Shown here one piece after another: positions 48,057 to 58,502 of a stretch of 64,000 bases of DNA. The notes beneath the pieces were generated by a model that saw only the letters and a list, made by a program, of their open reading frames with translations, had not been told where the DNA came from and ran no database searches. Made by a program: the position numbers and the translations under genes. Source of the DNA: a virus; the IMG/VR virus record IMGVR_UViG_3300018412_000010; one strand, given 5' to 3'. Every line of letters starts with the position of its first letter. The stretch's first letter is position 1.

Positions 48057-48377
48057 CTATTCATTTTTGAATACGATATAACTACCATCACTATCTGCAA
48101 TTGTTTCATATATTATCGGGATATGAATTGTGTTGGAACGGGATGCATCAAGTGTTTCAAAAATATCCCTGTTAACATTACTCTGTCCAGAAAGCCCTTC
48201 AACCCATGAAGATGAATTATGATCGTAATGAAATATCTTTTTTGTAGTATTGTTAAACCAAAATTCAAAACCAATCGCAGGCGCAGAAGTTGGATTAACA
48301 GACGATTCTATAATTGAAACTTTTTTAGACCAAGTAGAGTCTAGCCAAGCATTAAGTTGTTCTAAAGTCATACTCAT
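48057..48377 (-). CDS. small virion-associated protein
   Basis: P...G.EFWFNNTT..IF.Y......W motif. Confidence 0.55.
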   Translation of the reverse strand: MSMTLEQLNAWLDSTWSKKVSIIESSVNPTSAPAIGFEFWFNNTTKKIFHYDHNSSSWVEGLSGQSNVNRDIFETLDASRSNTIHIPIIYETIADSDGSYIVFKNE

Positions 48378-48420
48378 CGTTTAATTCTCCTTTCTATTAC
48401 AATATAAAAACAATTTATTA

Positions 48421-51400
48421 TTAAGTTTCTTCAATAATTATTGTTATATTATTTTCATTATTATAATAGTAATTTGCCAATATATTTACTGGTGGCAATG
48501 TTAGTGTTGTGCCAGTAATATTATAGTCGCCAGCATTAGTAGGTGTAGTAACATTATTTCTACATAAAGTATATGGCGAAGTTGAATTTATTTGAGCTGA
48601 TATTTTAACATTATTAATATTTGTTATTTTAGGAATTGTTACAGTATTCTCTGGATATGTTAAAGTGTATGTTTGAGGAACAAATCCATTTACATAATAA
48701 TCCTTACTTATTGAAACAGTTTTATCAGATAATGTTGTAGAATTTAATAAAAATCCATATGCGTTGTTTGCATCTGTATTTATTTCATCTAATGTAGCGG
48801 AAATATCTATGACAACACTATCTGTAAATTCATTTTGTGGTATCGGTGGATCTATTGTTATTGTTCCAATATCATATAAATTCCATAATGTTTGAATCAT
48901 ATTTGGCTGTGTTAACTTAGCATTAAATCTACCAGTTTCTCCTCCACGAATCCTAAATTTAAAATCTAATGATTCTTGAGTATATAACGCTCCCATATCT
49001 ACAATTTTAACTACTATATTATTTGTTATAATGGCACCATTATGTGCGTTTCTTATTGTATATTTAACATTGGGCGTTGTTAAATTACTATAGTGTATAC
49101 CTTGTGACATATTTTTTGCAACAGTGATTGTCTTAGTTCCACTATAAGTTGGTGCAGAATATGAACTATCCACGGAAGTTATTGTGCTATTAATTTCTGA
49201 AAGTATAGACTCTATAGTTATGTCCCTAACATAATCTTGGCAGTATGTAATATTTAATGGAATTTCTGCCTGTTCTAATAATTTAATTGCACCTTGTTCG
49301 CTTTCGCCATTATATTTAATTGTTCCAACTGTGCAGGTGGGCAACACATCATTGCATGTCACTGTGTTATCACTAACATACCAATTAGACCAAGAGCCAT
49401 TAACACTTCTAACACGAACCCTTACGTGTTGCTGTGTATCACCAGAAGTAGAATTTGTATCAGCTACCATATATGGAACAACCATTCCTGGATTATTTGA
49501 AACATCCCATATATTATGTATATTTTTTGTTCCGGCTTCAAAATCGTCGGTTTCAACTCTATCAAAATCAATATCTGCCACCACACCAAGGAAGGCGATA
49601 TCATCCTTTTTTAATGCAGTTTGATGTATTGTGGTTGCACCAGTCCAAGTTAAAAATGGATATATATTTGATAATGTCACTGAACTTATAACGGGTTTAT
49701 TAAGTTTAATAATCGGCGTAATATGTTCAAAATTTCCTAAATTACATGTCAAGCTGTCTAATGAAGATATATCTACTGTTACCGTATTTATATATTCATT
49801 TCCAACCTTGCTATCATATGTTGTTATATCAACATCGCAACAGTTTGGACGTCCTTGGTATACTGTGTTAGCCCTCCAAGTAATGGTAACCTTAAGACTT
49901 GTTGCATCGGTAGATAGGCTTTTAACGACCTTATTTTCTGTTGAGTCATTCCATATTATATTAAGCGCATCATCAGTATTTACTTTCTCTATATTTGTTA
50001 TAAACACACTATTAAGCTGCTCATTTGTAGCTACCTTTTCCCAAATATCCTCTTTTGCAAGCAATATTATTTTTGGTATTTTAGTCCCCAAAACACCAAC
50101 TAATGTCGCCGACTTACTAAAACTCAATTCAAACCTATATGTATAATCTTTACTCATGTATACGCTTCCAACAGTCTCTCTGAGATTAAAAGTTTGTTCT
50201 CCGGCTGTGGTAGCTAAACTCCAGCAATTCTTATCTATAGAAAATTTAAACGCATCACTATCTTCACCATTTTCCCAATGACGAACGCCTGTCGTCTCGT
50301 TTATTATTCTTAGTTTAACTTGAGTTCCAGCTACCGAAGTAACATTTTCTACCTTAATATTATCTAATCTTATGTTTTTACTAGGGCGATATCCAGATAT
50401 CGCAAATGATTCGCCGCTAATATTTGATGTAGAGTTCCCAGCCGTGTCGAAATAATCATCCCCATCATAAGATACCCCGACGCCATCGCTAGTAGTTTGT
50501 AACCAAATACGTTTATTGTTGCTATTATTATCACCAACTAAAAGGTCATCGTCGCCACTCCATCTTAATGCAGCAAAATATTTACCATCATCATCTTTTT
50601 TTCTTAATATAGCCAACTGGTCGTTAAAGATTTCTTTAGTTGACCATTCTTGTGTGGCCAAAGTTTCATAGTTAAATATTTTTCCTCCAAGTTCTATATA
50701 TGGTATAAAAACATTGGTTCCCCCAATATGACCTTTTAGCTTTACTGGGTTGCTAAAATTAAATTGAACTTTTGTGGAAACATTACTTAAAATAGGTCTT
50801 GGTGAAGTAAATGTAACAGTGTTCAATCCAGAATGACATAGTAACGACGTATTTGCCGAAGGATTATTTAAAGCGCCAATATATCCAGATAGTGATACAT
50901 TTTCAACCAACATATAAGAACTTCCATCTTCTAATAATAATTCGATCGCAACTCTGCAAATGGTATTCGTAGGAGGTTCCTCTTCTAATTCAAATGAAAA
51001 TGTTTCATTTACAAAGTTAATGGTTGTTCGTCTATCGTAATGCATTTCGTCATATTCTCTAAATGTATTGTTGTCATTTGGTGGAATATATGTTACGGCG
51101 GTGTTGCTAAATGGCGTAACGAGTCTTGCTGACTTATTTCCAGCCAATGCTATGTTCCCATCCATATTTCCTAATATAAGACCTTTTAAATCACTTGTTA
51201 TACGCGTAAGATCATATCTTTTATTATCATATGGTGATTGGAAAAATAGTCCACCGGATGATTTATTTATTATAAAATCATCTGTAGTTAACGATCCTAT
51301 TTGTGAAACAAAATTCCACGTTAGTGGCTGATCCGTAGCCGCCATATCGTAAATCTCATAATCCAATTTATGATTGGTCGTATTCTCAACTAATCTCCAG

Positions 51401-51531
51401 TCATATTGAACTGGAGTAGTTTTATATGATTTCAATAATACGCCAGTATTAAATTCTGCTTCTGATACGGGCGAAAATGTGGTTGAGGCTATATCCATAG
51501 CCATTCCTCTTGCGATTAAATCTATAGCCAA
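48421..51531 (-). CDS. large beta-rich virion protein (1036 aa)
   Basis: T/S/N/I-rich; structural-gene context. Confidence 0.65.
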   Translation of the reverse strand: MAIDLIARGMAMDIASTTFSPVSEAEFNTGVLLKSYKTTPVQYDWRLVENTTNHKLDYEIYDMAATDQPLTWNFVSQIGSLTTDDFIINKSSGGLFFQSPYDNKRYDLTRITSDLKGLILGNMDGNIALAGNKSARLVTPFSNTAVTYIPPNDNNTFREYDEMHYDRRTTINFVNETFSFELEEEPPTNTICRVAIELLLEDGSSYMLVENVSLSGYIGALNNPSANTSLLCHSGLNTVTFTSPRPILSNVSTKVQFNFSNPVKLKGHIGGTNVFIPYIELGGKIFNYETLATQEWSTKEIFNDQLAILRKKDDDGKYFAALRWSGDDDLLVGDNNSNNKRIWLQTTSDGVGVSYDGDDYFDTAGNSTSNISGESFAISGYRPSKNIRLDNIKVENVTSVAGTQVKLRIINETTGVRHWENGEDSDAFKFSIDKNCWSLATTAGEQTFNLRETVGSVYMSKDYTYRFELSFSKSATLVGVLGTKIPKIILLAKEDIWEKVATNEQLNSVFITNIEKVNTDDALNIIWNDSTENKVVKSLSTDATSLKVTITWRANTVYQGRPNCCDVDITTYDSKVGNEYINTVTVDISSLDSLTCNLGNFEHITPIIKLNKPVISSVTLSNIYPFLTWTGATTIHQTALKKDDIAFLGVVADIDFDRVETDDFEAGTKNIHNIWDVSNNPGMVVPYMVADTNSTSGDTQQHVRVRVRSVNGSWSNWYVSDNTVTCNDVLPTCTVGTIKYNGESEQGAIKLLEQAEIPLNITYCQDYVRDITIESILSEINSTITSVDSSYSAPTYSGTKTITVAKNMSQGIHYSNLTTPNVKYTIRNAHNGAIITNNIVVKIVDMGALYTQESLDFKFRIRGGETGRFNAKLTQPNMIQTLWNLYDIGTITIDPPIPQNEFTDSVVIDISATLDEINTDANNAYGFLLNSTTLSDKTVSISKDYYVNGFVPQTYTLTYPENTVTIPKITNINNVKISAQINSTSPYTLCRNNVTTPTNAGDYNITGTTLTLPPVNILANYYYNNENNITIIIEET

Positions 51532-51621
51532 AATTAATCAACTCCTTATTATAAAATTATTTAAATAATAACTATTCTACAATAATTCATAAACACTTTG
51601 ATACAAATATTTTGGCTATAC

Positions 51622-51963
51622 CTAATCAACTATGGCGCCCCTTATGGTTAAATCGCCATTAGCAATACTAATTATTCTTACTCTTGCTTTACTAATGCCC
51701 TCTAAACTCATTTGCCACATTGTATCATTGGCTGTGCAGTTTGTATTCATAGCTAATGTTGTCAAATTTGCACATCTAACAGCCTTCCAAACTCCGTCTG
51801 GGAAAACCAATACCTCAAAAATTGTGTCAAAAGATGTTGATGTGCCAGAAAAATCAATATTCATTAACATATTATTTTTGTTTACAATTAATTCGGCACC
51901 ATTACCAATAACAGTTGATGCGTTTTGAAAAGTAATAACTTTCTCTCTATTATTACTACCCAT
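51622..51963 (-). CDS. small beta-sandwich virion protein
   Basis: ORF track; context. Confidence 0.55.
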   Translation of the reverse strand: MGSNNREKVITFQNASTVIGNGAELIVNKNNMLMNIDFSGTSTSFDTIFEVLVFPDGVWKAVRCANLTTLAMNTNCTANDTMWQMSLEGISKARVRIISIANGDLTIRGAIVD

Positions 51964-52011
51964 TTTATATCACTCCCTTCTTCTTCTATAAACAAAATTG
52001 AATAAATATAA

Positions 52012-53121
52012 TTATTTTTCCAATATTAATACCTTTTGTAATGATTGCACCCAACCTACTTTACAATTTAGAACCTCGCTAACAAATCTTAAAGGAATTA
52101 ATGTGCGATTATTCTTATCAATTAACGGTGCTTCATTTAACGTATAGTCTTGTCCATTCACTTTTGCTAATTTAGAACCAGTATTTAAAACAATCACTAT
52201 ATTACCTTTTGTGATTTCAATATGCATAGATTTGTCCGCATTATACGCCGGTGTTTTAATTGTTGCACCTAAAATATCACAAAGAGTTCTTAGTGGAACT
52301 AATGTGTTGCCATTAAGATTTACAGGCGTAGTATCCATAGTAAACTTCGCACCATCTACGAAATAATTATTATTACCAATTTGCATAGTAGTATATTTCT
52401 TGTCTGTGGATGGAAGAATTGGAAGCCCATATCCTGTATATATATCCATTCCCACTGTTTCCAAATCCATACAAATCATTTTTAAGTATTCAAATACTTC
52501 ATCCTGTGTCAAATCGCCGTATCTTTGAATTAACAATGCACATTTACCAGCAAAATATGGTGTTGAAAAAGACGTTCCCCAATTCCATCCCATGAAATCT
52601 GTAAATTCTTTAGCGGTTCCATTGCAAAATTGCTTAACATATTGTGGAGAGCCTTTTATTAAACTACATGCGCCAATCCATATGGCAACATCTGATGGAA
52701 ATGCGCCATTACATGTTTCACCAACATTACCAGATAAATTTAAAAATATAAGATTATATTTTTTCTTTAGCGCATTTAATTCTTGTGAATACCATGTATT
52801 TTCTTCTGTGCCGCCATGATTTGACTGTGTCAATATTTTTACTTTATATTTTACTATAAAATCTTCAAGTGAATATGATATATTATTATAGTATACATCA
52901 TACTTATATATATCACCACCACTTGTAAGCGTTCCTATGCTTGCATTGATAACCGTAGCATCCGGTGCGGCATCAAGAATACGCTGCTTAGTTTGTTGTC
53001 CATGCGTGCTATTTCCTTCGCAATTCATGATAACAACGCCTTTTCCGGTAAATTTGGAAGTGTTCCATCCGGTAACATTACAATAATCATTCTGTTGTTT
53101 TATAACTTCTTGATTCGTCAT
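52012..53121 (-). CDS. subtilisin-like S8 protease fused to copper-amine-oxidase N-terminal domain
   Basis: THG, SGN, WGTSFSTP; two TLVPLR/TLIPLRFVSE repeats. Confidence 0.85.
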   Translation of the reverse strand: MTNQEVIKQQNDYCNVTGWNTSKFTGKGVVIMNCEGNSTHGQQTKQRILDAAPDATVINASIGTLTSGGDIYKYDVYYNNISYSLEDFIVKYKVKILTQSNHGGTEENTWYSQELNALKKKYNLIFLNLSGNVGETCNGAFPSDVAIWIGACSLIKGSPQYVKQFCNGTAKEFTDFMGWNWGTSFSTPYFAGKCALLIQRYGDLTQDEVFEYLKMICMDLETVGMDIYTGYGLPILPSTDKKYTTMQIGNNNYFVDGAKFTMDTTPVNLNGNTLVPLRTLCDILGATIKTPAYNADKSMHIEITKGNIVIVLNTGSKLAKVNGQDYTLNEAPLIDKNNRTLIPLRFVSEVLNCKVGWVQSLQKVLILEK

Positions 53122-53145
53122 TTTTAACCACGCTTTCTTTTATAA

Positions 53146-53835
53146 CTATATGGTAGATATAATATCTGATAACGTATTTTTACTTAAATCACCAATTATT
53201 GTATTTAATTTTAGTCCTTGTGTGCAATCTAATCTGCAATCAGTAGAAACTGTACCGTCATAATTAACACCCATACCAGTTTTAGAGTTAATAAATCCTA
53301 TTTTTTCTTCTAATATTTCATTCAATTCTACTTTTTTATGAAATAAAATATAGTTTCTTTGCCAATTTAATAATGTAACGATTTCTACGCCATTATACAT
53401 TCCATACACATATCTATCATCTTGGTCTATTATCGACATTCCAAGATATTGATACAGATCAATAAAATAATCGAATCCCAAATTATCATAATCGTAAATA
53501 TAAACTGAATCAACATTAAGATTAACTAGCGTAGAATTATTTATAAAATCCCCATTTGTATATAACACAACTTTATTATCTGGCATAATTTCTTTTATTT
53601 TTTGCGCCTTACTTCTTAAATTATCAATTTCTATCATTGGTTCATTAAGTCTATTTAGCTTTATAACACCTTTAAACTCGCTATCTTTCAATTCTTTAAT
53701 CAGATTATCAAAAACACTATCATCAAGTAATTTATTGACATTCCTATTTTCAGTAAAGTGTAGGCACCAGCTGCACTTGTTATTACAATTTGAAGATAAT
53801 CCAATTTCTATTATGTCTAAGTCTTTAATCAGCAT
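53146..53835 (-). CDS. radical SAM protein with degenerate SPASM/twitch
   Basis: CNNKCSWC, NEP, TNGDF, YDGTV. Confidence 0.8.
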   Translation of the reverse strand: MLIKDLDIIEIGLSSNCNNKCSWCLHFTENRNVNKLLDDSVFDNLIKELKDSEFKGVIKLNRLNEPMIEIDNLRSKAQKIKEIMPDNKVVLYTNGDFINNSTLVNLNVDSVYIYDYDNLGFDYFIDLYQYLGMSIIDQDDRYVYGMYNGVEIVTLLNWQRNYILFHKKVELNEILEEKIGFINSKTGMGVNYDGTVSTDCRLDCTQGLKLNTIIGDLSKNTLSDIISTI

Positions 53836-54047
53836 TATTGAATCACATCTCCTATCTTATTATCAATAGAAGTTATTTTAATGCCTGCCTTTTCTTTTAA
53901 TATAACAAGCCAGTAATCTATTGCCTCTTTAGTTGTCTTGGTGCTTGTGATAGCCTTTTCATAGGTCATTCCTACGTTGTTATCTATTAAATATTGCACA
54001 ACTCTATATGCTAAATATCTAGCAATTACGTCATTAGAATAATCCAT
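53835..54047 (-). CDS. hypothetical protein (start re-called at MDYSND)
   Basis: AAGGAGG SD. Confidence 0.55.
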   Translation of the reverse strand: MDYSNDVIARYLAYRVVQYLIDNNVGMTYEKAITSTKTTKEAIDYWLVILKEKAGIKITSIDNKIGDVIQ

Positions 54048-54063
54048 ATTAATACACCTCCTT

Positions 54064-54210
54064 TTATTGTGTTTCCACCATCGTATCGAGAATTGTCGAA
54101 ATATATTCTGCTTGTTCTCTAAGTTCCTCATTTTGCTTTGTTAATAGCTCTATCTTTTCTTCTTTTTCTTTTAATAAAGCAAGGGTTTGACCCCATTGTG
54201 TATTATCCAT
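54064..54210 (-). CDS. 48-aa coiled-coil protein (not in ORF track)
   Basis: GGAGG SD; MDNTQWGQTLALLKEKEEKIELLTKQNEELREQ... Confidence 0.55.
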   Translation of the reverse strand: MDNTQWGQTLALLKEKEEKIELLTKQNEELREQAEYISTILDTMVETQ

Positions 54211-54874
54211 CTATTAAAACCTCCTTGAACGGGTTATTTATAAAATCACTAAACAACTTTTCATCTTGCAATATTGGATTTGGTTTAATTATACAATTCT
54301 CTTCCCCTAATTCTTCTGATAGAAAATATATGTTATGACTAATATATGCACCTAAATGGTCTAATTCAAGTATCAATTCAAATTCAGATAGTTTTCTATC
54401 AAAATATATTTCATCCATGTTTTTATATGAAATGAAATCTATAAAATTATTAATCCTATTCATATCTAACATCTTTTTTTTCCAATATACATATTTTTCT
54501 GTGCTGTATGGAGATTTTACAAATATAAACTTTTTATCCAATCTATTTTCTTTATTACATAGCTTCAAGCTATATAATCTGTGTTTTCCCATGAACATAT
54601 ATGGATGTTCGCTATTACTTATGAAAAACGGCGTATACATACCGTTTTTCAAAATATCTTTTCCTAATTCTATTTCTTTAGACCTATATTTTTTTAAATA
54701 CGGGTTTATTAAATCACATCCATATTCATTAAATCTATAATCTGAACTACTATAAAAGTTTTCATAAACATCTTTAAATTCATAGGAAAAGCCGTGTTCA
54801 TTTATCATTTTATATAATATTAACATATAGTAATAATTATATAATTTATCTAAGTATTCTTTTTTATGCAACAT
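54203..54874 (-). CDS. ParB/Srx-like fold protein
   Basis: DILKNGMYTPFFI...GKHRLYSL. Confidence 0.6.
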   Translation of the reverse strand: MLHKKEYLDKLYNYYYMLILYKMINEHGFSYEFKDVYENFYSSSDYRFNEYGCDLINPYLKKYRSKEIELGKDILKNGMYTPFFISNSEHPYMFMGKHRLYSLKLCNKENRLDKKFIFVKSPYSTEKYVYWKKKMLDMNRINNFIDFISYKNMDEIYFDRKLSEFELILELDHLGAYISHNIYFLSEELGEENCIIKPNPILQDEKLFSDFINNPFKEVLIDG

Positions 54875-56063
54875 AATATAAAACTATAGCTCCTTGTCCA
54901 CCAGCACCACTATTCATTCCACCACCGCCGCCGTAGCCACCGCCACCACCTGCAGAAGATGCACCAGTTCCTTCTCCACAAGAACCTCCACCGCCAGTTC
55001 CTATATCTTGACTTCCAGTTCCACCCGTGCCGGGGATTTCAGTAGGATAACTTGGATTTGTAGCACCAGATGTGCCATTTCCTCCACCGTAGCCACCACC
55101 ACCACCAGAATAATACACGGTCGGTGTGCCACCAGAGCTTACTTTGATAAATTTACCGCTTTGCGTTGGCGTTCCGCCAGTATCACCATATCCACCAGAA
55201 GCATCTTCTGTTCCTGTGGTCGATTGTTCGCCACCAACAGACGAAAGTGCACCAAATGTAGCTGCTGCACCATTGCCAGCTGGAACTGTATAACTTATTG
55301 ATTGCCCTGGTGTTACTGATAGGGCGTATTGTGTATACGCACCACCTCTTCCACCATAATATCCCTGACCTCGACCGGCATTTTCTCCGGCACCAATCAA
55401 ACAGACGGTTATACATGTTATACCAGTAGGAACTGTAAATGTAGCCGTTCCGGGTGTTGTATATACATGTCTAAATCCATTTATTGTTGATGAATAAGTA
55501 TTTCTTATCGTATCAACCATAGTTGCATTACTTACCACATTTGTCATTGTATTATAGTCTTTAAACATATTTGTAATAGTTGTCGAGTTTAACATATTTG
55601 CAGATGCCCATGTGCTACTGGTTATTAATGAGTTAATATATGTATTACTGGTCATTTCGGATAATGCACCGGCCACACAGTCATAAAACGTATTACATTT
55701 TATTAAATTTGTGAATGGTGAAGTCGAAGAGCTAGTTCCTTTGAACCACGCATACATCGCGAGCTGTAGCCCTATAAGCCCCACTCTATTAACATTGCCC
55801 TTACCAAAAGCAGCATCTAAGCCATTTGTATTAGCCGCCGTGCAAAATGCTATATATGATGAAAGATTTATATTCTTTTTTAATAAGTCATTTACTGTTG
55901 CTGTTGCACCGTCTATACCATAAAGCGTTTTAACGTCACTTGATAATAAGATTTTTGTATCATTAAATGTTCTTGTATCTATTGTATCAACAAGCGTTTT
56001 TAAGTCGTTTAATTTTGTTCTAATAGCACCGGCATTTTCGCCATTAGCTATAAAATCTGCCAT
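54864..56063 (-). CDS. glycine-rich tail-associated protein
   Basis: FTVPTGITCITVCLIGAG...GGGGG repeats. Confidence 0.7.
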   Translation of the reverse strand: MADFIANGENAGAIRTKLNDLKTLVDTIDTRTFNDTKILLSSDVKTLYGIDGATATVNDLLKKNINLSSYIAFCTAANTNGLDAAFGKGNVNRVGLIGLQLAMYAWFKGTSSSTSPFTNLIKCNTFYDCVAGALSEMTSNTYINSLITSSTWASANMLNSTTITNMFKDYNTMTNVVSNATMVDTIRNTYSSTINGFRHVYTTPGTATFTVPTGITCITVCLIGAGENAGRGQGYYGGRGGAYTQYALSVTPGQSISYTVPAGNGAAATFGALSSVGGEQSTTGTEDASGGYGDTGGTPTQSGKFIKVSSGGTPTVYYSGGGGGYGGGNGTSGATNPSYPTEIPGTGGTGSQDIGTGGGGSCGEGTGASSAGGGGGYGGGGGMNSGAGGQGAIVLYYVA

Positions 56064-56096
56064 ATTTATATCCTCCTTTGTTTATATAAGAAATTA

Positions 56097-57365
56097 TTAT
56101 AATACCGATGGTGTAAAATTAAATTCTGTATATGTATAATCATCATTCCAAGGTTGTGCGTCATCCCATTTATAATCTTTATAATATTTGATTATGCCAT
56201 CTTTTACCATCATCCAATCTGTTGTAGTATTTATAATTGTTCCACCTAAATATATATCAAAATTGTTATCGTTTAATTTTAGATTACTATATATAGTATC
56301 CTCAAAATGTAGTTTTCCACACAACACTGCATATTGCAAATCCTTAACCCTATACTTATCGCCTATATTATAAGTAAAGAAATATTTATAATCCACGCCA
56401 TTAATATCTTTTTTTGGCAATAATGTCCAATTATGCAGACCTGTTGTTGTTTCCTCCTCTAAAAATACCTTATAGTTTCTATATAATTGAACATAAAAAC
56501 TTGCTGGTCTATACCCATATATATTACTATCATCAACCCAAGTGATTGTATTTGAAGAATGCGAGACCGTTTGCAATTGATGTGTCATACTTGCAACATA
56601 TCCATTAACTGTTAATGTGTTAGTATAATTCAACAAATTACTCGTGCTTGTTATAGTTATAACATCTGTGTTGAACAAAAATGCATTATATGAAGAAATC
56701 CATGTAGCCGTATTTGATCCAGTTATTGATATATTTTTAAACACTGAACCATTTTTATAAATTACATATTCATCAGAATTTGGTCTGGTATTATATGCAT
56801 TTAAACTATCATCTGTCCAATTCACAGTAAAACTAATGGTTTGCTGTGAAATAGGAAGTGTAAATGAGGCACTTGTTTTGGCATTTGTTTGCGTTACAGA
56901 CGTTGTCACAATGGTTACAACATCTGACACACTCACGGTTAACGTGTCATCAAGCCATGCAACTGGCATATTAACATTAATGGTTTGTGTTGTAGCCAAT
57001 GTGAACGTGCTTGTAGTGCCATCGCCTTTCGCTCCCAATATGGTAGTATTTGATGCTGAATATAACTGTATGCTACTTCCAAGAGTTACATTATTTAATT
57101 TAAATGTTGGCGTAGACGTATATGTAAAATTCGGAGCAGTATAGCCACTTGTTCCCGTTCTATTTATTACATCTGAGTTACTAATTGTTATTGGTAATAT
57201 GCAAGTATCACCACTTATTATTGGCGTTTTCAGAGTAGCTGTAGCATTACTTGTTATCGTAGAAGTGTTCGTTGGATATTGATAATACATTACATACCAT
57301 GAATATACAGAACTTAGTGTGCCATAAGCTCCAAAATTAATCGTATATGGAAAAGTTATAGCCAC
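56097..57365 (-). CDS. virion protein with CnaB-type domains
   Basis: W.DD.N....RP....V.LY.N occurs twice; LPK.D..G..Y.Y. Confidence 0.6.
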   Translation of the reverse strand: MAITFPYTINFGAYGTLSSVYSWYVMYYQYPTNTSTITSNATATLKTPIISGDTCILPITISNSDVINRTGTSGYTAPNFTYTSTPTFKLNNVTLGSSIQLYSASNTTILGAKGDGTTSTFTLATTQTINVNMPVAWLDDTLTVSVSDVVTIVTTSVTQTNAKTSASFTLPISQQTISFTVNWTDDSLNAYNTRPNSDEYVIYKNGSVFKNISITGSNTATWISSYNAFLFNTDVITITSTSNLLNYTNTLTVNGYVASMTHQLQTVSHSSNTITWVDDSNIYGYRPASFYVQLYRNYKVFLEEETTTGLHNWTLLPKKDINGVDYKYFFTYNIGDKYRVKDLQYAVLCGKLHFEDTIYSNLKLNDNNFDIYLGGTIINTTTDWMMVKDGIIKYYKDYKWDDAQPWNDDYTYTEFNFTPSVL

Positions 57366-57378
57366 AAAATATCACCTC

Positions 57379-58197
57379 CTAATAACGCAATTTTGATTTA
57401 ACTATCTCTTCACTTGCATAGACTTTTTTATAATCATTGCCTAATGCAATTTCTATATTATTTAAAATTGGAATTAATTTATTTAAATCATCAATATCTA
57501 AACTACTTTTTTGATCAGTTCCTTGCATATTCCTATCCAAAGTAATATGTCTTTCGATAATTTTAGAACCCAATGATTTAGCTATAATTGTCTGTAAATA
57601 CCCATCTTCATGCCCACTATAACCTATTGCATTAAACGGATATAGTTTGCCCAAAGTCTTTATCATATTCAAATCAGATTCTTCTAATTTTGTGGGGTAA
57701 GAGCTATTGCAATGCAATATAGATAATTCAACGTCATTAAGCAATTCTACGGCATTATTAATCTCTTCAAAAGTGCTCATGCCCGTTCCAATAATTACTG
57801 GCAACCCATAAGATTTTACCTTTGTCAATAATTCTACATTTGTTATACATGCACTTGGTATTTTAATAAACGGAATATCATATTGTGTAATAAATTCTAA
57901 ACTGTCAATATCCCATACAGAAGCAGACCATTTAATGCCAATTTCCTTACATAATGCGTCTATCTGATCATATTCTTCTTTTCCAAATTCAATCAGATGT
58001 TTATATTTAATATATTCCATTTCACCAAAAATAGTGTTTTTAACTACATGTTTTTGGTTTTCTGGAACACAAACATCAGGATTTCTTTTTTGAAATTTAA
58101 CTACATCAACCCCACATTCTTTGGCTTTAATAATTATTTCTTTGGCAATGTTAATATCGCCATTATGGTTGATTCCAATATCCCCTACAAAAATCAT
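57379..58197 (-). CDS. neuB: NeuB-family nonulosonic acid (-9-phosphate) synthase lacking SAF domain
   Basis: IGINHNGD, KFQKR, KIPSA, HCNSSYP, GYSGHE, ERHITLDR. Confidence 0.92.
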   Translation of the reverse strand: MIFVGDIGINHNGDINIAKEIIIKAKECGVDVVKFQKRNPDVCVPENQKHVVKNTIFGEMEYIKYKHLIEFGKEEYDQIDALCKEIGIKWSASVWDIDSLEFITQYDIPFIKIPSACITNVELLTKVKSYGLPVIIGTGMSTFEEINNAVELLNDVELSILHCNSSYPTKLEESDLNMIKTLGKLYPFNAIGYSGHEDGYLQTIIAKSLGSKIIERHITLDRNMQGTDQKSSLDIDDLNKLIPILNNIEIALGNDYKKVYASEEIVKSKLRY

Positions 58198-58214
58198 AAC
58201 TAATTCCTTTCATT

Positions 58215-58502
58215 CTAATCTAAATAAGTATCTTTTACACTTCTGTCGTCGATATAAATATCGGCGGATGGTTTACCCATAATTAACTGGTCATACTTAA
58301 CACCCCAATCCTTTAGTTGCCTCTTTGTAATATATTCCCAATCTATTCCTGTTTCATAACCTCTTGCTGTAAAAAACACTATAGTATTTCCTGCGCCATA
58401 TAAATCATTTATATGATTAATTCTATCCTTAAACGGCTTTGCATCACGATAATCTTTCTCTTGACTACAAATTGTTCCATCAATATCGCAAACCACTTTC
58501 AT
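58215..58502 (-). CDS. minimal HAD phosphatase
   Basis: DIDGT, TAR, GKP..DIYIDD. Confidence 0.88.
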   Translation of the reverse strand: MKVVCDIDGTICSQEKDYRDAKPFKDRINHINDLYGAGNTIVFFTARGYETGIDWEYITKRQLKDWGVKYDQLIMGKPSADIYIDDRSVKDTYLD

